From Bacilli bacterium (GTDB lineage Bacteria; Bacillota_I; Bacilli_A; RF39; UBA660): DNA of 64,000 bases. The notes beneath the pieces were generated by a model, which saw nothing but the letters and a program-made list of their open reading frames with translations, ran no database searches and had not been told where the DNA came from. The DNA is taken from the NCBI GenBank assembly GCA_900771805.1, contig CAAGPL010000045.1, positions 90 through 64,089 of the forward strand. The letters run 5' to 3'. Below, in pieces: positions 21,709-32,051 of the stretch (position 1 is the first letter of the stretch; every line of letters starts with the position of its first letter). The translations under genes were made by a program, and so were the position numbers.

Positions 21709-22833
21709 TCACCATCTTTTTATTTTATTAGAATTAACAACAATTAAAGGAACTAACATCTCATCTAAAGTTAATCCTGAATGAGCTGATTTATGCAAGT
21801 TTGTCTTATTATTCCATCTAATTGCTTTATTTCTTATTCCAAGCGCAAAAAAGTCTCCTAATCCATCTTTATAATATTTATTTTCATACCCTGGTCCATA
21901 TAAGCCTTGTTTTATAACTTCTTCTTTAGTCATTATTATAAAATCATCTTTTAATATTTTCTTAAGTTCAAAAGGAAAAGTCTTCTTATATTCTTTTTTT
22001 ACCATAAAGCTAGTTGCTCTATCATCTATTGCTATATTATGGGATAACATTTTAGTAATTGAAGGATAATCCATTAAATTAATATATTCTACGTTTATGT
22101 GACCATGATCTGCTAATGCTATTATAGTAGTGTCTTTTAATGACTTACAAGTTTTCTTAAACCATTTATTTATGTGCTTTAAATTTTTTTTCATTTTATC
22201 GCTTCCCACTCCGTCATTATGAAGAGCATGATCTGGTTCATTATAGTAAGCATATACATAGGCTCTTTCTTTTGATTTTGTAAGTTTTTTTATTTTCTTT
22301 TTCATCTTTCTTAAAGACTCCGTTTTATGATTACTATAAACTCTTAAAGTTTCTGATATATATCCTTCTTTTTTATTAATAATATCAGTTACAGGTTCAT
22401 ATTTAAGAAGGGTTTTAGCTACATTATAATTACAAGGACTCTTATTTGTTCCTTTTATAACGTTTTTTGATAAGCATATAACTTCATCAAAGCATTTAAA
22501 ATACATATCCCATCCAAGATGTCCATGTTCTTTTGGAGTAAGTCCTGATTCTACTGTTGTTCTAGCAGACATAGTAGTAGATGGAAAATTAGATGATATA
22601 CTAGTTATTAAATTATCATATAAAAATGGACATATATCCCTATTTTCTTTCAATATATTATACCCTAATCCATCAAATAAGAATAATACTACATTTTTAC
22701 TATTATTTTCCTTTAATATTTTATCTAATAAATCAAGTGAGTTATGCTTACTTGGTACTTTAAAATATTTTTCAATAGAACAAATTACGTTTACAAGTCC
22801 TTTTTTATAATCTGGAAAAGTATATTCCATCAA
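21709..22833 (-). CDS. Alkaline-phosphatase-superfamily protein (type I phosphodiesterase/nucleotide pyrophosphatase-like)
   Basis: 374 aa. LFDGLGYN, FPSTTMSARTT, EPDHALH and ADHGH metal-ligand motifs. Confidence 0.7.
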   Translation of the reverse strand: MMEYTFPDYKKGLVNVICSIEKYFKVPSKHNSLDLLDKILKENNSKNVVLFLFDGLGYNILKENRDICPFLYDNLITSISSNFPSTTMSARTTVESGLTPKEHGHLGWDMYFKCFDEVICLSKNVIKGTNKSPCNYNVAKTLLKYEPVTDIINKKEGYISETLRVYSNHKTESLRKMKKKIKKLTKSKERAYVYAYYNEPDHALHNDGVGSDKMKKNLKHINKWFKKTCKSLKDTTIIALADHGHINVEYINLMDYPSITKMLSHNIAIDDRATSFMVKKEYKKTFPFELKKILKDDFIIMTKEEVIKQGLYGPGYENKYYKDGLGDFFALGIRNKAIRWNNKTNLHKSAHSGLTLDEMLVPLIVVNSNKIKRW

Positions 22834-22877
22834 ATCACATCCTTAACATTATTATAACATATGAAAAAACTGAAGAG

Positions 22878-23933
22878 TTATTCTCCAGCTAATTTTCTTC
22901 TTTGATCTTCTGTTATTAAGGCTTCAATTATATCATCTAACTTACCATTCATTACTCTATCTAATGAGTTTGTAGTATATCCTATACGGTGATCCGTTAC
23001 CCTGTTTTGAGGATAGTTATAAGTTCTTATCTTTTCAGATCTATCACCAGTTCCTATTTTACTTCTTCTTTCTGCCCCAACTTCAGCTTCTTGTTCTCTC
23101 ATTTTTAGATCATATACTCTTGATTTTAAGATTTTTATAGCTATTTCTTTATTCTTAATTTGTGATCTTTCTGTTTGAGAATAAACTACAATACCTGTTG
23201 GAATATGCGTTAATCTAACTGCTGAGTCAGTTGTGTTTACTCCCTGACCACCACATCCTGATGATCTTGTTATATCAACTCTTACATCATTCATATCAAG
23301 TTCGAAATCAACGTCATCTAATTCTGGCATTACAAGTACCGTTGCAGTTGATGTGTGAACTCTTCCTTGTGATTCTGTTTGAGGAACCCTTTGAACACGA
23401 TGTGCTCCTGATTCATATTTTAATTTTGAATAAACGCTATCTCCCTTTATCATAAATGATATTTCAGAATATCCACCACTAGAACCTGGTGTACTATCTA
23501 AAAGTTCCACCTTAAATCCTTGATTTTCAGCATATCTAACATACATATCATATAAATCACCTGCAAAGATATTAGCCTCATCTCCACCTGCTGCACCACG
23601 TATTTCAACAATAATATTTTTTCCATCATTAGGATCTTTTGGTAAAAGAAGAATTTCTAATTGTTTTTTAAGTTCTTTTTGCTTGTTTAAGTTTTTTTCT
23701 TCCTCTTCCAAAGCAAACTCTTTCATCTCAGGATCACGTGCTAATTCCTTAGCTTCCTCATAATCATTCTTAGCTTTTAAATAAGCATCATAACACTCTA
23801 TTATTTCTGATAAATCAGATTGTTCTTTTGATAATTTAGTAACTTTTTTAACATCGTTTATTACTTCTGGGTTAGTAAGCTCTTTAGTAATTACATCATT
23901 TCTTTCTTTTATTGCTTCTAATCTTTCAAACAT
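22878..23933 (-). CDS. prfA: Peptide chain release factor 1
   Basis: 351 aa. PET tripeptide context (VMPE), GCGGQGVNT (GGQ) and [14 protein letters not shown] motifs. Confidence 0.98.
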   Translation of the reverse strand: MFERLEAIKERNDVITKELTNPEVINDVKKVTKLSKEQSDLSEIIECYDAYLKAKNDYEEAKELARDPEMKEFALEEEEKNLNKQKELKKQLEILLLPKDPNDGKNIIVEIRGAAGGDEANIFAGDLYDMYVRYAENQGFKVELLDSTPGSSGGYSEISFMIKGDSVYSKLKYESGAHRVQRVPQTESQGRVHTSTATVLVMPELDDVDFELDMNDVRVDITRSSGCGGQGVNTTDSAVRLTHIPTGIVVYSQTERSQIKNKEIAIKILKSRVYDLKMREQEAEVGAERRSKIGTGDRSEKIRTYNYPQNRVTDHRIGYTTNSLDRVMNGKLDDIIEALITEDQRRKLAGE

Positions 23934-24358
23934 TACTCATCCATCTCTTCTTCTGTTACAATGGCTAAGTCTTCTAAATCATCCATATCATCATCTATAT
24001 CATCAAAATCTTCTTCTTCATCTGATATAGCTTCATCTTCTGCTACTTCAGCCTCTTCTTCTGGTTCTTCTTCATCCTCATCTTCTTCATCATCAACTAT
24101 AGTTTTAACAGAATGAGCTTCCTTTAAATCCCATTCAGCTGAATCTAATAATATAAACCTTTTATCTGTTGTTAATGTAGTATAAAAATCACCTATCATT
24201 TCAAACATATTATCTTCATTTATTTCTAATAAATCACATACCTCTTTAAACAAATCACGAGTTGTTTTAGGTTTTTTATCAAGTTTTAACAATTCATAAG
24301 CTATATCAGTATAAGATAATAACTCTAATTCCTCTAAAGGCATTTGTCTAACATTCAT
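23933..24358 (-). CDS. rpoE: RNA polymerase delta subunit
   Basis: 141 aa. N-terminal HARE-HTH-like domain ([11 protein letters not shown]...[12 protein letters not shown]) followed by a long D/E tail. Confidence 0.85.
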   Translation of the reverse strand: MNVRQMPLEELELLSYTDIAYELLKLDKKPKTTRDLFKEVCDLLEINEDNMFEMIGDFYTTLTTDKRFILLDSAEWDLKEAHSVKTIVDDEEDEDEEEPEEEAEVAEDEAISDEEEDFDDIDDDMDDLEDLAIVTEEEMDE

Positions 24359-24368
24359 AATTATCCTC

Positions 24369-26132
24369 CTACATTTTATCAGGAACTTTTAGTCCCATAA
24401 CATCTAATAATAACATATTAACATTATACACAACTTTTGACATATATAACCAAGATTTTTTTACATCTTCTCTATCACATAATAGTACTTTGTTTTCAGA
24501 ATAAAATTTATTATATAAACTTGTTATATTATATATATATTCTGAAATATCATTAAGGCTTCTAGAATTATATGAATTAAGTAATATTCTTGGTAATTCT
24601 AAAAGTAAGTGTATAATTTGTTTTTCTACATCTGTTGTTATAGTAATATATTTATCAAAATTAATATTTTGATTATAAGCTTTATTTAATAATGATCTTA
24701 TTCTTATAGTTGAATAAAGTAAGTAAGGTGCTGTTTTACCTTCTAAATCACTAAATTTTTCTGGATCAAAAATATAATCCGTTGTCCTAAAAGGTAATAA
24801 ATCTGCATATTTTATTGAGTCAATTGCTATAATTTTTGCATTTTTTTCTAAATCATTACCTACTATATCTTTATTCATTTTTTTCAATGTTGCATTATAA
24901 ACTATATCAATTAAATTTCTAAGAGACATGACATTTCCATCCCTTGTTTTAAATGGTTTACCATCTTGACCATTTATAGTTCCAAAAGGTAAATGTTCTA
25001 AATTAACTCCATCAGGTACAATGCCTGATATCTTAGCAGCTCTAAAAGACTGTAAGAAATGAAGTGATTGTCTAATATCAGTTAAATACCATACGTCTGT
25101 TAAATCATAATCCCTCATTCTATTATATAACGTTGCTATTTCCGTAGTTTGATATCCCATGGTTCCATTTGATTTAACTAAAAGTATTGGTGGGACTTCT
25201 TTTTTATCGTCTTCTTTTTTTACATTTACAATTAAGGCACCACAATCTAATTTTGCCAAGCCTTTTTCCTTAAAAATATTTACCACTTCTTTTGCAGACG
25301 AATCAGCATAACTTTCACCTAACCATAAATCAAAATTTGTATTTAATTCATCATAAACTTCTTTAATATCAATTTTACTTGTTTCAACTACATGTTTCCA
25401 TAAGGCCCTATACCCAGGAACCTTATTTTGAATCTTATTTGTTATATCTTGTGCATCTTTTAAATAAGTTTCATCTTCGCTTTTTCTTTTAGAAGCTAGT
25501 GGATATAATCTTGCTAAATCTTTTGGTGTTACTGGAGATTCTTTAGGATAAGGACCTGTATAATTTTCATCAAAATAAATCAAATTTGGTTGTTCTTCTT
25601 TTATCTGTTTTAAAACAAGACCTAAAGGAAGGCCGAAATCACCCAAATGAACATCACTTATAACATCATTATTTAACAACTTAGAAAGTCTTTTAAGAGC
25701 TTCACCAATATTTGCAGATCTTAAATGTCCAACATGAAGTTCCTTTGCAACATTAGCACCACCATAATCTATTAAGATTTTTCTTTTTTCTGGATAATCG
25801 ATATTATTTTCTTTTATGTTTGATATTTTATTTAGTGATTCAATTAAACATTTATTAGATAAGGTAACATTTATAAAACCTGGTCCTGCTATGTTAACAT
25901 TTTGAAAATTATCATTTTCCTCTAATTTACATTTTATCTCATCAGCAACATCCCTTGGTGATTTATTATATTTTTTACCAAGCATCATAGCTTCGTTAAT
26001 TTGATAATCTCCCAAATCAGGTCTACTAGATGGTTTTAATGAAACATGATTTATATCATAATTTAAATCATTAATTAAATTAGTTACTAATGATTCAATT
26101 TCATTTATAATACTCACTATAAATCTCTCCAT
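24369..26132 (-). CDS. argS: Arginine--tRNA ligase
   Basis: 587 aa. HVGHLRS (HIGH) motif, class I core, C-terminal DALR-type anticodon-binding region ending ...LLDVMGLKVPDKM. Confidence 0.95.
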   Translation of the reverse strand: MERFIVSIINEIESLVTNLINDLNYDINHVSLKPSSRPDLGDYQINEAMMLGKKYNKSPRDVADEIKCKLEENDNFQNVNIAGPGFINVTLSNKCLIESLNKISNIKENNIDYPEKRKILIDYGGANVAKELHVGHLRSANIGEALKRLSKLLNNDVISDVHLGDFGLPLGLVLKQIKEEQPNLIYFDENYTGPYPKESPVTPKDLARLYPLASKRKSEDETYLKDAQDITNKIQNKVPGYRALWKHVVETSKIDIKEVYDELNTNFDLWLGESYADSSAKEVVNIFKEKGLAKLDCGALIVNVKKEDDKKEVPPILLVKSNGTMGYQTTEIATLYNRMRDYDLTDVWYLTDIRQSLHFLQSFRAAKISGIVPDGVNLEHLPFGTINGQDGKPFKTRDGNVMSLRNLIDIVYNATLKKMNKDIVGNDLEKNAKIIAIDSIKYADLLPFRTTDYIFDPEKFSDLEGKTAPYLLYSTIRIRSLLNKAYNQNINFDKYITITTDVEKQIIHLLLELPRILLNSYNSRSLNDISEYIYNITSLYNKFYSENKVLLCDREDVKKSWLYMSKVVYNVNMLLLDVMGLKVPDKM

Positions 26133-26491
26133 TCTAATTCATACTTAAAACTATCACTAAACTCCCCATTCATAAATAAATCATATTCTATCATTATATT
26201 ATTATCATTTATAATAATATTTTTAGTTTTAGTTTCAAGCTTAATTTCTATTTTCAAATCCTTAATAATATATTTAGTTATTATAGATTTATTCTTTTCA
26301 AACTCCAAGTATATCTTTATATCTTCATTTTCCCTTTCAAAAAAAATTTTATTTTCTAAAAGTTTAAGTTTAATCATAGCACCATCATGATTATAAGTAA
26401 TTATATTATCTTTTAATATTCCTTTTTTATCCTTTACCACTTCGAGTGAAGAAGTAGATTTTATATTATGATTTATAATAATTTTAGACAT
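26117..26491 (-). CDS. DUF1934 (YwiB-like) beta-barrel protein
   Basis: 124 aa. Overlaps the argS start by 16 nt. Same ywiB-argS arrangement as I recall for Bacillus. Call rests on position and size rather than on clear motifs. Confidence 0.55.
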   Translation of the reverse strand: MSKIIINHNIKSTSSLEVVKDKKGILKDNIITYNHDGAMIKLKLLENKIFFERENEDIKIYLEFEKNKSIITKYIIKDLKIEIKLETKTKNIIINDNNIMIEYDLFMNGEFSDSFKYELEWRDL

Positions 26492-26682
26492 AAAAACACC
26501 CTTAAAATTTTTCTAGTGTCAATATAGCATAGATAAGAAAAAAGGTCAATAAAATATTACAGTACATTTAAAACTTTTTTATTTTTATTGATTGTTTTTA
26601 TTAAATTCATATAAAAATCTATACATTTTTTAATATTTTATTATTTTTTAGCAATACTAAAATTAGAAAGAAGGCGGTTTAA

Positions 26683-28635
26683 ATGAAGAAAGTAAATATA
26701 ATATGTAAAATCATAATCGCTTTAATGTTATTATTTTGTATATCTTATACTATACTATTCTTATGTGCTAAGTATACACCTAAAATAGATATAGAAAACT
26801 CAAATAGCATATATATGTATGACAAAGATAAAAAAAGTTTCTATGAAGGTAATAATGGTACTAAAAAATGGGTTAAACTAAAAAATATATCAAAAGACTT
26901 AGTTAACGCAACTATATATTCCGAAGATAAGAATTTTTATAAGCATAATGGGTTTGATATTCCTAGAATAATAAAATCTATGTTTATAAATATAAAATCA
27001 AAAAAACTAACACAAGGAGCTTCAACAATTACACAACAGTATGCTAGAAATTTATTTTTGACATTTGATAAAACTTGGGAAAGAAAAATAAAAGAGGCTT
27101 GGTATGCATTTAAATTAGAAACTCAGTACTCAAAAAATGAAATATTAGAAGGCTATTTAAACACAATTAATTACGGAAATGGAATACTTGGAATTGAAAA
27201 TGCTGCTCAATATTATTTTAATAAACCTGCTAAAGAATTAAATTTAGCCGAAAGTACTATGCTTGCAGGGATACCAAAGTCTCCTGATAATTACTCTCCA
27301 TTAAATGATTTAAATGCTGCTAAAAAAAGACAAAAAGAAATACTAAGAGCATTAGTTAATAATAAAATTTTAACAAAAAAACAAATGAATAAAACTTCGA
27401 ATATTAAATTAAATTATTATGGTAAAAAAGAAAACCTTAATTTATCTACATTAATGTATTATCAAGATGCTGTTATAAGAGAATTACAAGATTTAAAAAT
27501 AGTAAGTGAAAACACAATTAGACAAGAAGGACTTAAAATATATACTAGTCTTGATATTAGTGCACAAACAAATGTAGATGATGCAATTAAAAATAATTTA
27601 GAAGATAAAAAAGAGATGCAAACATCTGTTGTGGTCATGAATCCAAATAACGGTGAAGTAATAGCACTAGCTGGTGGTAAAGATTATTCTAAATCACAAT
27701 ATAATAGAGCAGTCCAGTCAAAAAGACAAGTAGGTTCTACTATGAAGCCAATTTTGTATTATGCTGCATTAGAAAATGGGCTTACTGCATCAACTACATT
27801 TTTAAGTAAACCTACGACATTTACTTTAGATAACGGTCTTTCATATTCTCCTAATAATTATGGTAATATATATCCTAAAGATAAAATAACTATGGCACTT
27901 GCAATTTGTTATTCTGATAACATATATGCAATTAAAACACACCTTTTTTTAGGAGAAGATATGATGATTAAGTATGCAAAAAAAATGGGGATTAAAAGTA
28001 AACTTGAAGCTAATGCATCACTTCCCCTTGGAACTAATGAATTATCTATCTTAGAGTTTACTAACGCTTATGCTACATTAGCAAACTCCGGGTACCGTGT
28101 TAAAGAGCACCTAATAAAAAAGATAGAAGATGGTAATGGTAATACACTCTATGAATATAAAAATAAAAAAGATAAAGTATTAAATAAATCATATACATAT
28201 ATATTAAGCGAGCTTTTATCTAATACATATGATACATCCTTAAAAAGTTATACATCACCTACATGCGCATCAATTAAACCTAAACTAACAAAAAAATATG
28301 CCGTTAAAAGTGGTACTACTGATTATGATTTGTGGACTGTTGGTTACAATCCTAATATAGTAGTTGGTGTATGGACCGGATATGATGATAATAGAAAGTT
28401 ATCTAACAAAGAATATAAATATTCTAAAAATATATGGGCAGATGTAGTAGAAAGCTATTTAAGAGAAAAGGAAGCTAAATGGTATGCAAAGCCAGATAAT
28501 GTAGTTGGAGTTTTAACAGATGTAATGACTGGAAATGTAGCTTCAAATGATTCAAAATTAAAAACAATTTTATATTATATCAAAGGAACAGAACCTGGAT
28601 ATAAAAACAATAAAAAAATAACGACTAGCAATTAG
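26683..28635 (+). CDS. Class A penicillin-binding protein (glycosyltransferase + transpeptidase)
   Basis: 650 aa with an N-terminal TM helix. GT51 motifs EDKNFYKHNGFD and RKIKEA. Transpeptidase motifs STMKP, SDN and KSGTT. Confidence 0.9.
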   Translation: MKKVNIICKIIIALMLLFCISYTILFLCAKYTPKIDIENSNSIYMYDKDKKSFYEGNNGTKKWVKLKNISKDLVNATIYSEDKNFYKHNGFDIPRIIKSMFINIKSKKLTQGASTITQQYARNLFLTFDKTWERKIKEAWYAFKLETQYSKNEILEGYLNTINYGNGILGIENAAQYYFNKPAKELNLAESTMLAGIPKSPDNYSPLNDLNAAKKRQKEILRALVNNKILTKKQMNKTSNIKLNYYGKKENLNLSTLMYYQDAVIRELQDLKIVSENTIRQEGLKIYTSLDISAQTNVDDAIKNNLEDKKEMQTSVVVMNPNNGEVIALAGGKDYSKSQYNRAVQSKRQVGSTMKPILYYAALENGLTASTTFLSKPTTFTLDNGLSYSPNNYGNIYPKDKITMALAICYSDNIYAIKTHLFLGEDMMIKYAKKMGIKSKLEANASLPLGTNELSILEFTNAYATLANSGYRVKEHLIKKIEDGNGNTLYEYKNKKDKVLNKSYTYILSELLSNTYDTSLKSYTSPTCASIKPKLTKKYAVKSGTTDYDLWTVGYNPNIVVGVWTGYDDNRKLSNKEYKYSKNIWADVVESYLREKEAKWYAKPDNVVGVLTDVMTGNVASNDSKLKTILYYIKGTEPGYKNNKKITTSN

Positions 28636-28647
28636 TCGTTATTTTTA
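28621..28647. terminator. Bidirectional terminator between PBP gene and ftsH
   Basis: acgacta-gcaat-tagtcgt with an A run upstream and a T run downstream. Overlaps both stop codons. Confidence 0.65.
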
Positions 28648-30618
28648 TTCTAAAGTGTCTTCTGATAAAGCCTTTTTTAAATCTTCCTTAGACATTTTAC
28701 TATAACCTTTTATCTTCTTTTCCTTAGCCATTTCTTTTAATTTTGAAAGATTTACATCATCTAACATTTCTTCAACTGGCATCTTACCATTTTCTGCCAA
28801 ATAATCAATCTGTTCTTTTGTTAATGTTTCATGTTCTATTAAATTAGAAGCTATTAAATCAAGTAAATCTCTATTTTTTTCTATTATCTTTTTAGCTTTA
28901 CTATAACAATCATTAATTATTTTTCTAACTTCATTATCTATTTCTAATGCTACTTGGTCAGAGAAGTTTCTATTTTTATTATAATCTCTTCCTAAGAAAG
29001 AACTTCCTTCTGGAGTTTCTAATTGAACTGGTCCTAGACTAGACATTCCATATTCTGTTACCATGCTTCTAGCAATTTTTGTTGCTTTTGAAAAGTCATT
29101 ATGTGCTCCGGTTGTTATTTCACCAAATACAACTTCTTCTGCAACACGACCTCCAAGTAACCCCATTATTTGTTCTAATAATTCTGTTTTAGTTGCTGTA
29201 TACTTTTCTTCCTTTGGAAGCATTAAGTTATATCCACCAGCCTGTCCACGAGGAATAATAGTTACCTTCTGAACATCATTTGCATTATCTAATTTTATAC
29301 CCAATACAGCATGTCCAGCTTCATGATATGCTACTAATTTTTTTTCTTCTTTAGTATACTTCTTAGTTACCTTAGCAGGTCCCATAATAACTCTATCTAT
29401 TGCCTCATCTATCTCAGACATTGTAATTGCACTTTTTTCTCTTCTAACTGCAAGTAATGCAGCCTCATTAAGAAGGTTTTCTAAATCCGCACCAGAAAAA
29501 CCAACTGTTCTTTTTGCAATACTATCTAAATGAACAGATTTAGATAGTATTTTTCCTCTTGCATGTACTTTTAATATTTCTTCTCTTGCCTTTTGTTCTG
29601 GAAGAGCAACAGTTACTTGTCTATCAAATCTACCAGGTCTTAAAAGAGCTGGATCAAGCACATCAGGTCTGTTAGTTGCTGCAATTATTATAATACCCTC
29701 ATTAGCACCAAACCCATCCATTTCAGTTAATAATTGGTTAAGAGTTTGTTCTCTTTCATCATGGCCACCACCAATACCAGTACCACGTTGACGACCTACT
29801 GCATCTATTTCATCAATAAATATCAAGCAAGGTGCATTTTGTTTTGCTTGTTTAAACATATCTCTTACTCTAGATGCACCAACACCAACATATAATTCAA
29901 CAAAGTCAGAACCTGATATAAAATAAAATGGTGCATTAGCTTCGCCAGCTACTGCTTTAGCAAGTAATGTTTTACCTGTTCCTGGAGGACCAACTAATAA
30001 AACACCTTTAGGTATTCTTGCTCCTAATTTAGTAAATTTTTTTGGATTCTTTAAAAAATCTATTAATTCTTGTAATTCTTCTTTTTCTTCTGGTAAACCT
30101 GCAACATCTTTAAATGTTACTCTTCCATTATCTGGGTTTAATTTAGCTTTGCTTCTTCCAAAATCCATTGATCCTTTTTGACCATTTAATTGTTTAGTAA
30201 AAAACCAAAATGCAAGACCAATTAATAATAAAGTAGGAGCAACATTTATTAAAAATGCTACCCATCCATTTGCAGATGGATCAGACTTAGAAATTATTTT
30301 AAAATCTTTTTCTTCACTTGATTTTACTATTTTATTAATAACAGTATCAGAAAGCGGAGTTTTAACTGTAAAAGTTTCACCATCTTTAGCATCTTTTAAT
30401 TTTCCTTTAATCTGATATGTATATGCTGCTGAAGAAGGTGTTATTACAATTTCTTCAACATTATTTTTATTTAATGCATTATTAAATTCATTATATGTTA
30501 ACTCTTTATTAATATTATTAGTCATATTATAAAATATTAACAAAGATAAACCTATAACAAGTAATAAAAAATATGGAACCATTCCCCTTTTCATATTCTG
30601 ATTATTTTGATTCATCAT
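28645..30618 (-). CDS. ftsH: ATP-dependent zinc metalloprotease FtsH
   Basis: 657 aa, two TM helices. [13 protein letters not shown] and HEAGHA motifs. Confidence 0.98.
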   Translation of the reverse strand: MMNQNNQNMKRGMVPYFLLLVIGLSLLIFYNMTNNINKELTYNEFNNALNKNNVEEIVITPSSAAYTYQIKGKLKDAKDGETFTVKTPLSDTVINKIVKSSEEKDFKIISKSDPSANGWVAFLINVAPTLLLIGLAFWFFTKQLNGQKGSMDFGRSKAKLNPDNGRVTFKDVAGLPEEKEELQELIDFLKNPKKFTKLGARIPKGVLLVGPPGTGKTLLAKAVAGEANAPFYFISGSDFVELYVGVGASRVRDMFKQAKQNAPCLIFIDEIDAVGRQRGTGIGGGHDEREQTLNQLLTEMDGFGANEGIIIIAATNRPDVLDPALLRPGRFDRQVTVALPEQKAREEILKVHARGKILSKSVHLDSIAKRTVGFSGADLENLLNEAALLAVRREKSAITMSEIDEAIDRVIMGPAKVTKKYTKEEKKLVAYHEAGHAVLGIKLDNANDVQKVTIIPRGQAGGYNLMLPKEEKYTATKTELLEQIMGLLGGRVAEEVVFGEITTGAHNDFSKATKIARSMVTEYGMSSLGPVQLETPEGSSFLGRDYNKNRNFSDQVALEIDNEVRKIINDCYSKAKKIIEKNRDLLDLIASNLIEHETLTKEQIDYLAENGKMPVEEMLDDVNLSKLKEMAKEKKIKGYSKMSKEDLKKALSEDTLE

Positions 30619-31945
30619 TATATTCCTCCTTGTAATACTTTAATATTATATCATAATTCCCAGTTTTTGACCTATCATATTTAGATTTCTTTATACCTGG
30701 AATCCAAATTATATTATCATTTTTATCAGTTACAACAAAACAAGCATTTCTAATAGATGCTGGCACTTTATCATCTATTAAAATATCTTTAATTTTCTTT
30801 GTACCATTTAAATTTAAAACTTCAATTTTATCTCCACTTTGTCTCATTCTCACATAAATAGGAAAATTAATATCATCTTTTTTGAAACAGGTAATATAAT
30901 TGGTTGTGTTTTCTAAATTTTCTATTTCTTCTATTATATAACCATTTGGTAATTTGAGTTTACCAGAAAACAAAAAGCAATCTTTATTATAGTTATATTC
31001 CTTGTCGAAATATAACTTATTATATGATTTTATAATATTTATTTTATTTGGCATAGATAATTTTAAATTTGGTTTATTACTATATATTAAGTTAAAAATA
31101 TTTTTTTTATGAATATTAGTTATTTTAACTATATCATTTTTATAAATTAGAAATAAATACTTTTCTATTATTTTTTGTACTATTAATTTATCTTGTTTTT
31201 TTAATAAATCTAGATTTACTATATTTTCATTAACAATAATTTTATAATAATCATTAACTATTTTATCCACATAATTATTATATTTAGAAATTTCATTAGA
31301 AAATTCCAAAAATTTCCTGTGGATAAGTTTATTTTCTTCTTTCAGCTTAGGTAAAATGTATTTTCTAAATCTATTTCTTTTATAATTATCACTTAAATTT
31401 GACTTATCCACAGCAAAAGATATATTATTTATTTCACACATATTCAATATATCTTCTTTTGTTAAATAAAGAAGAGGTCTTATGATTTTATAATTTTCAC
31501 GATTAGAAATTAAACTAATACCACTATATCCTTTAAATGATGAGCCTCTTGATAATTTCATTAATATAGTTTCTACTAAATCATCACCATGATGTGCGGT
31601 AAATAAATATTTAGAGTTATATTTAATTAAAATTTTATCAAAAAATTTATATCTTTTATTTCTTGCTTCTTCTTCTGTAAATTTATTATTTTTATAGGAA
31701 TCTATCTTCATAAATTCAAAAATTATATTATTTAAAAAGCAATATTCTTTTAATTTTTTAGCCTCTAAATCACTTTCTTTTCTATGATTATGATGAACAT
31801 GACAACAAATGATTTTATTTTCTTTGTATTTATTTTTTAATAAATCAAGCAAAAACATAGAATCTGGTCCATATGACACTGCAACAACTAAACTGTCTTC
31901 AGGTTTAATATTTAAAGTATCTAAAAAATTATTAACATCCTTCAT
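30602..31945 (-). CDS. tilS: tRNA(Ile)-lysidine synthetase
   Basis: 447 aa. N-terminal PP-loop (AVSYGPDSM). C-terminal TilS domain (...IWIPGIKKS). Precedes ftsH as in many Firmicutes. Confidence 0.9.
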   Translation of the reverse strand: MKDVNNFLDTLNIKPEDSLVVAVSYGPDSMFLLDLLKNKYKENKIICCHVHHNHRKESDLEAKKLKEYCFLNNIIFEFMKIDSYKNNKFTEEEARNKRYKFFDKILIKYNSKYLFTAHHGDDLVETILMKLSRGSSFKGYSGISLISNRENYKIIRPLLYLTKEDILNMCEINNISFAVDKSNLSDNYKRNRFRKYILPKLKEENKLIHRKFLEFSNEISKYNNYVDKIVNDYYKIIVNENIVNLDLLKKQDKLIVQKIIEKYLFLIYKNDIVKITNIHKKNIFNLIYSNKPNLKLSMPNKINIIKSYNKLYFDKEYNYNKDCFLFSGKLKLPNGYIIEEIENLENTTNYITCFKKDDINFPIYVRMRQSGDKIEVLNLNGTKKIKDILIDDKVPASIRNACFVVTDKNDNIIWIPGIKKSKYDRSKTGNYDIILKYYKEEYNDESK

Positions 31946-32021
31946 GAAATCACCTTAAGGTATATTGTAACATAAAAAGGAAAAAACAACACATTATATA
32001 TAACATTTTAATAAATTTTAA

Positions 32022-32050
32022 CAAAAAAAAGAAAGTTATATAAACTTTCT
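32022..32050 (-). terminator. Rho-independent terminator after rpoC
   Basis: agaaagtt-atata-aactttct followed by T8 on the minus strand, 1 nt after the rpoC stop. Confidence 0.7.
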
Positions 32051-32051
32051 T

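Noticed and set aside
23936-24100. Apparent GAA/GAT-rich tandem repetition.
   Set aside because: It is the acidic C-terminal tail of the RNA polymerase delta subunit (D/E run), a normal feature of that protein and not a DNA repeat element.
26492-26682. Looked for a T-box leader upstream of the DUF1934-argS operon.
   Set aside because: The spacer is extremely AT-rich and shared with the divergent PBP gene. No specifier hairpin or conserved T-box (AGGGTGGNACC-like) sequence is visible.
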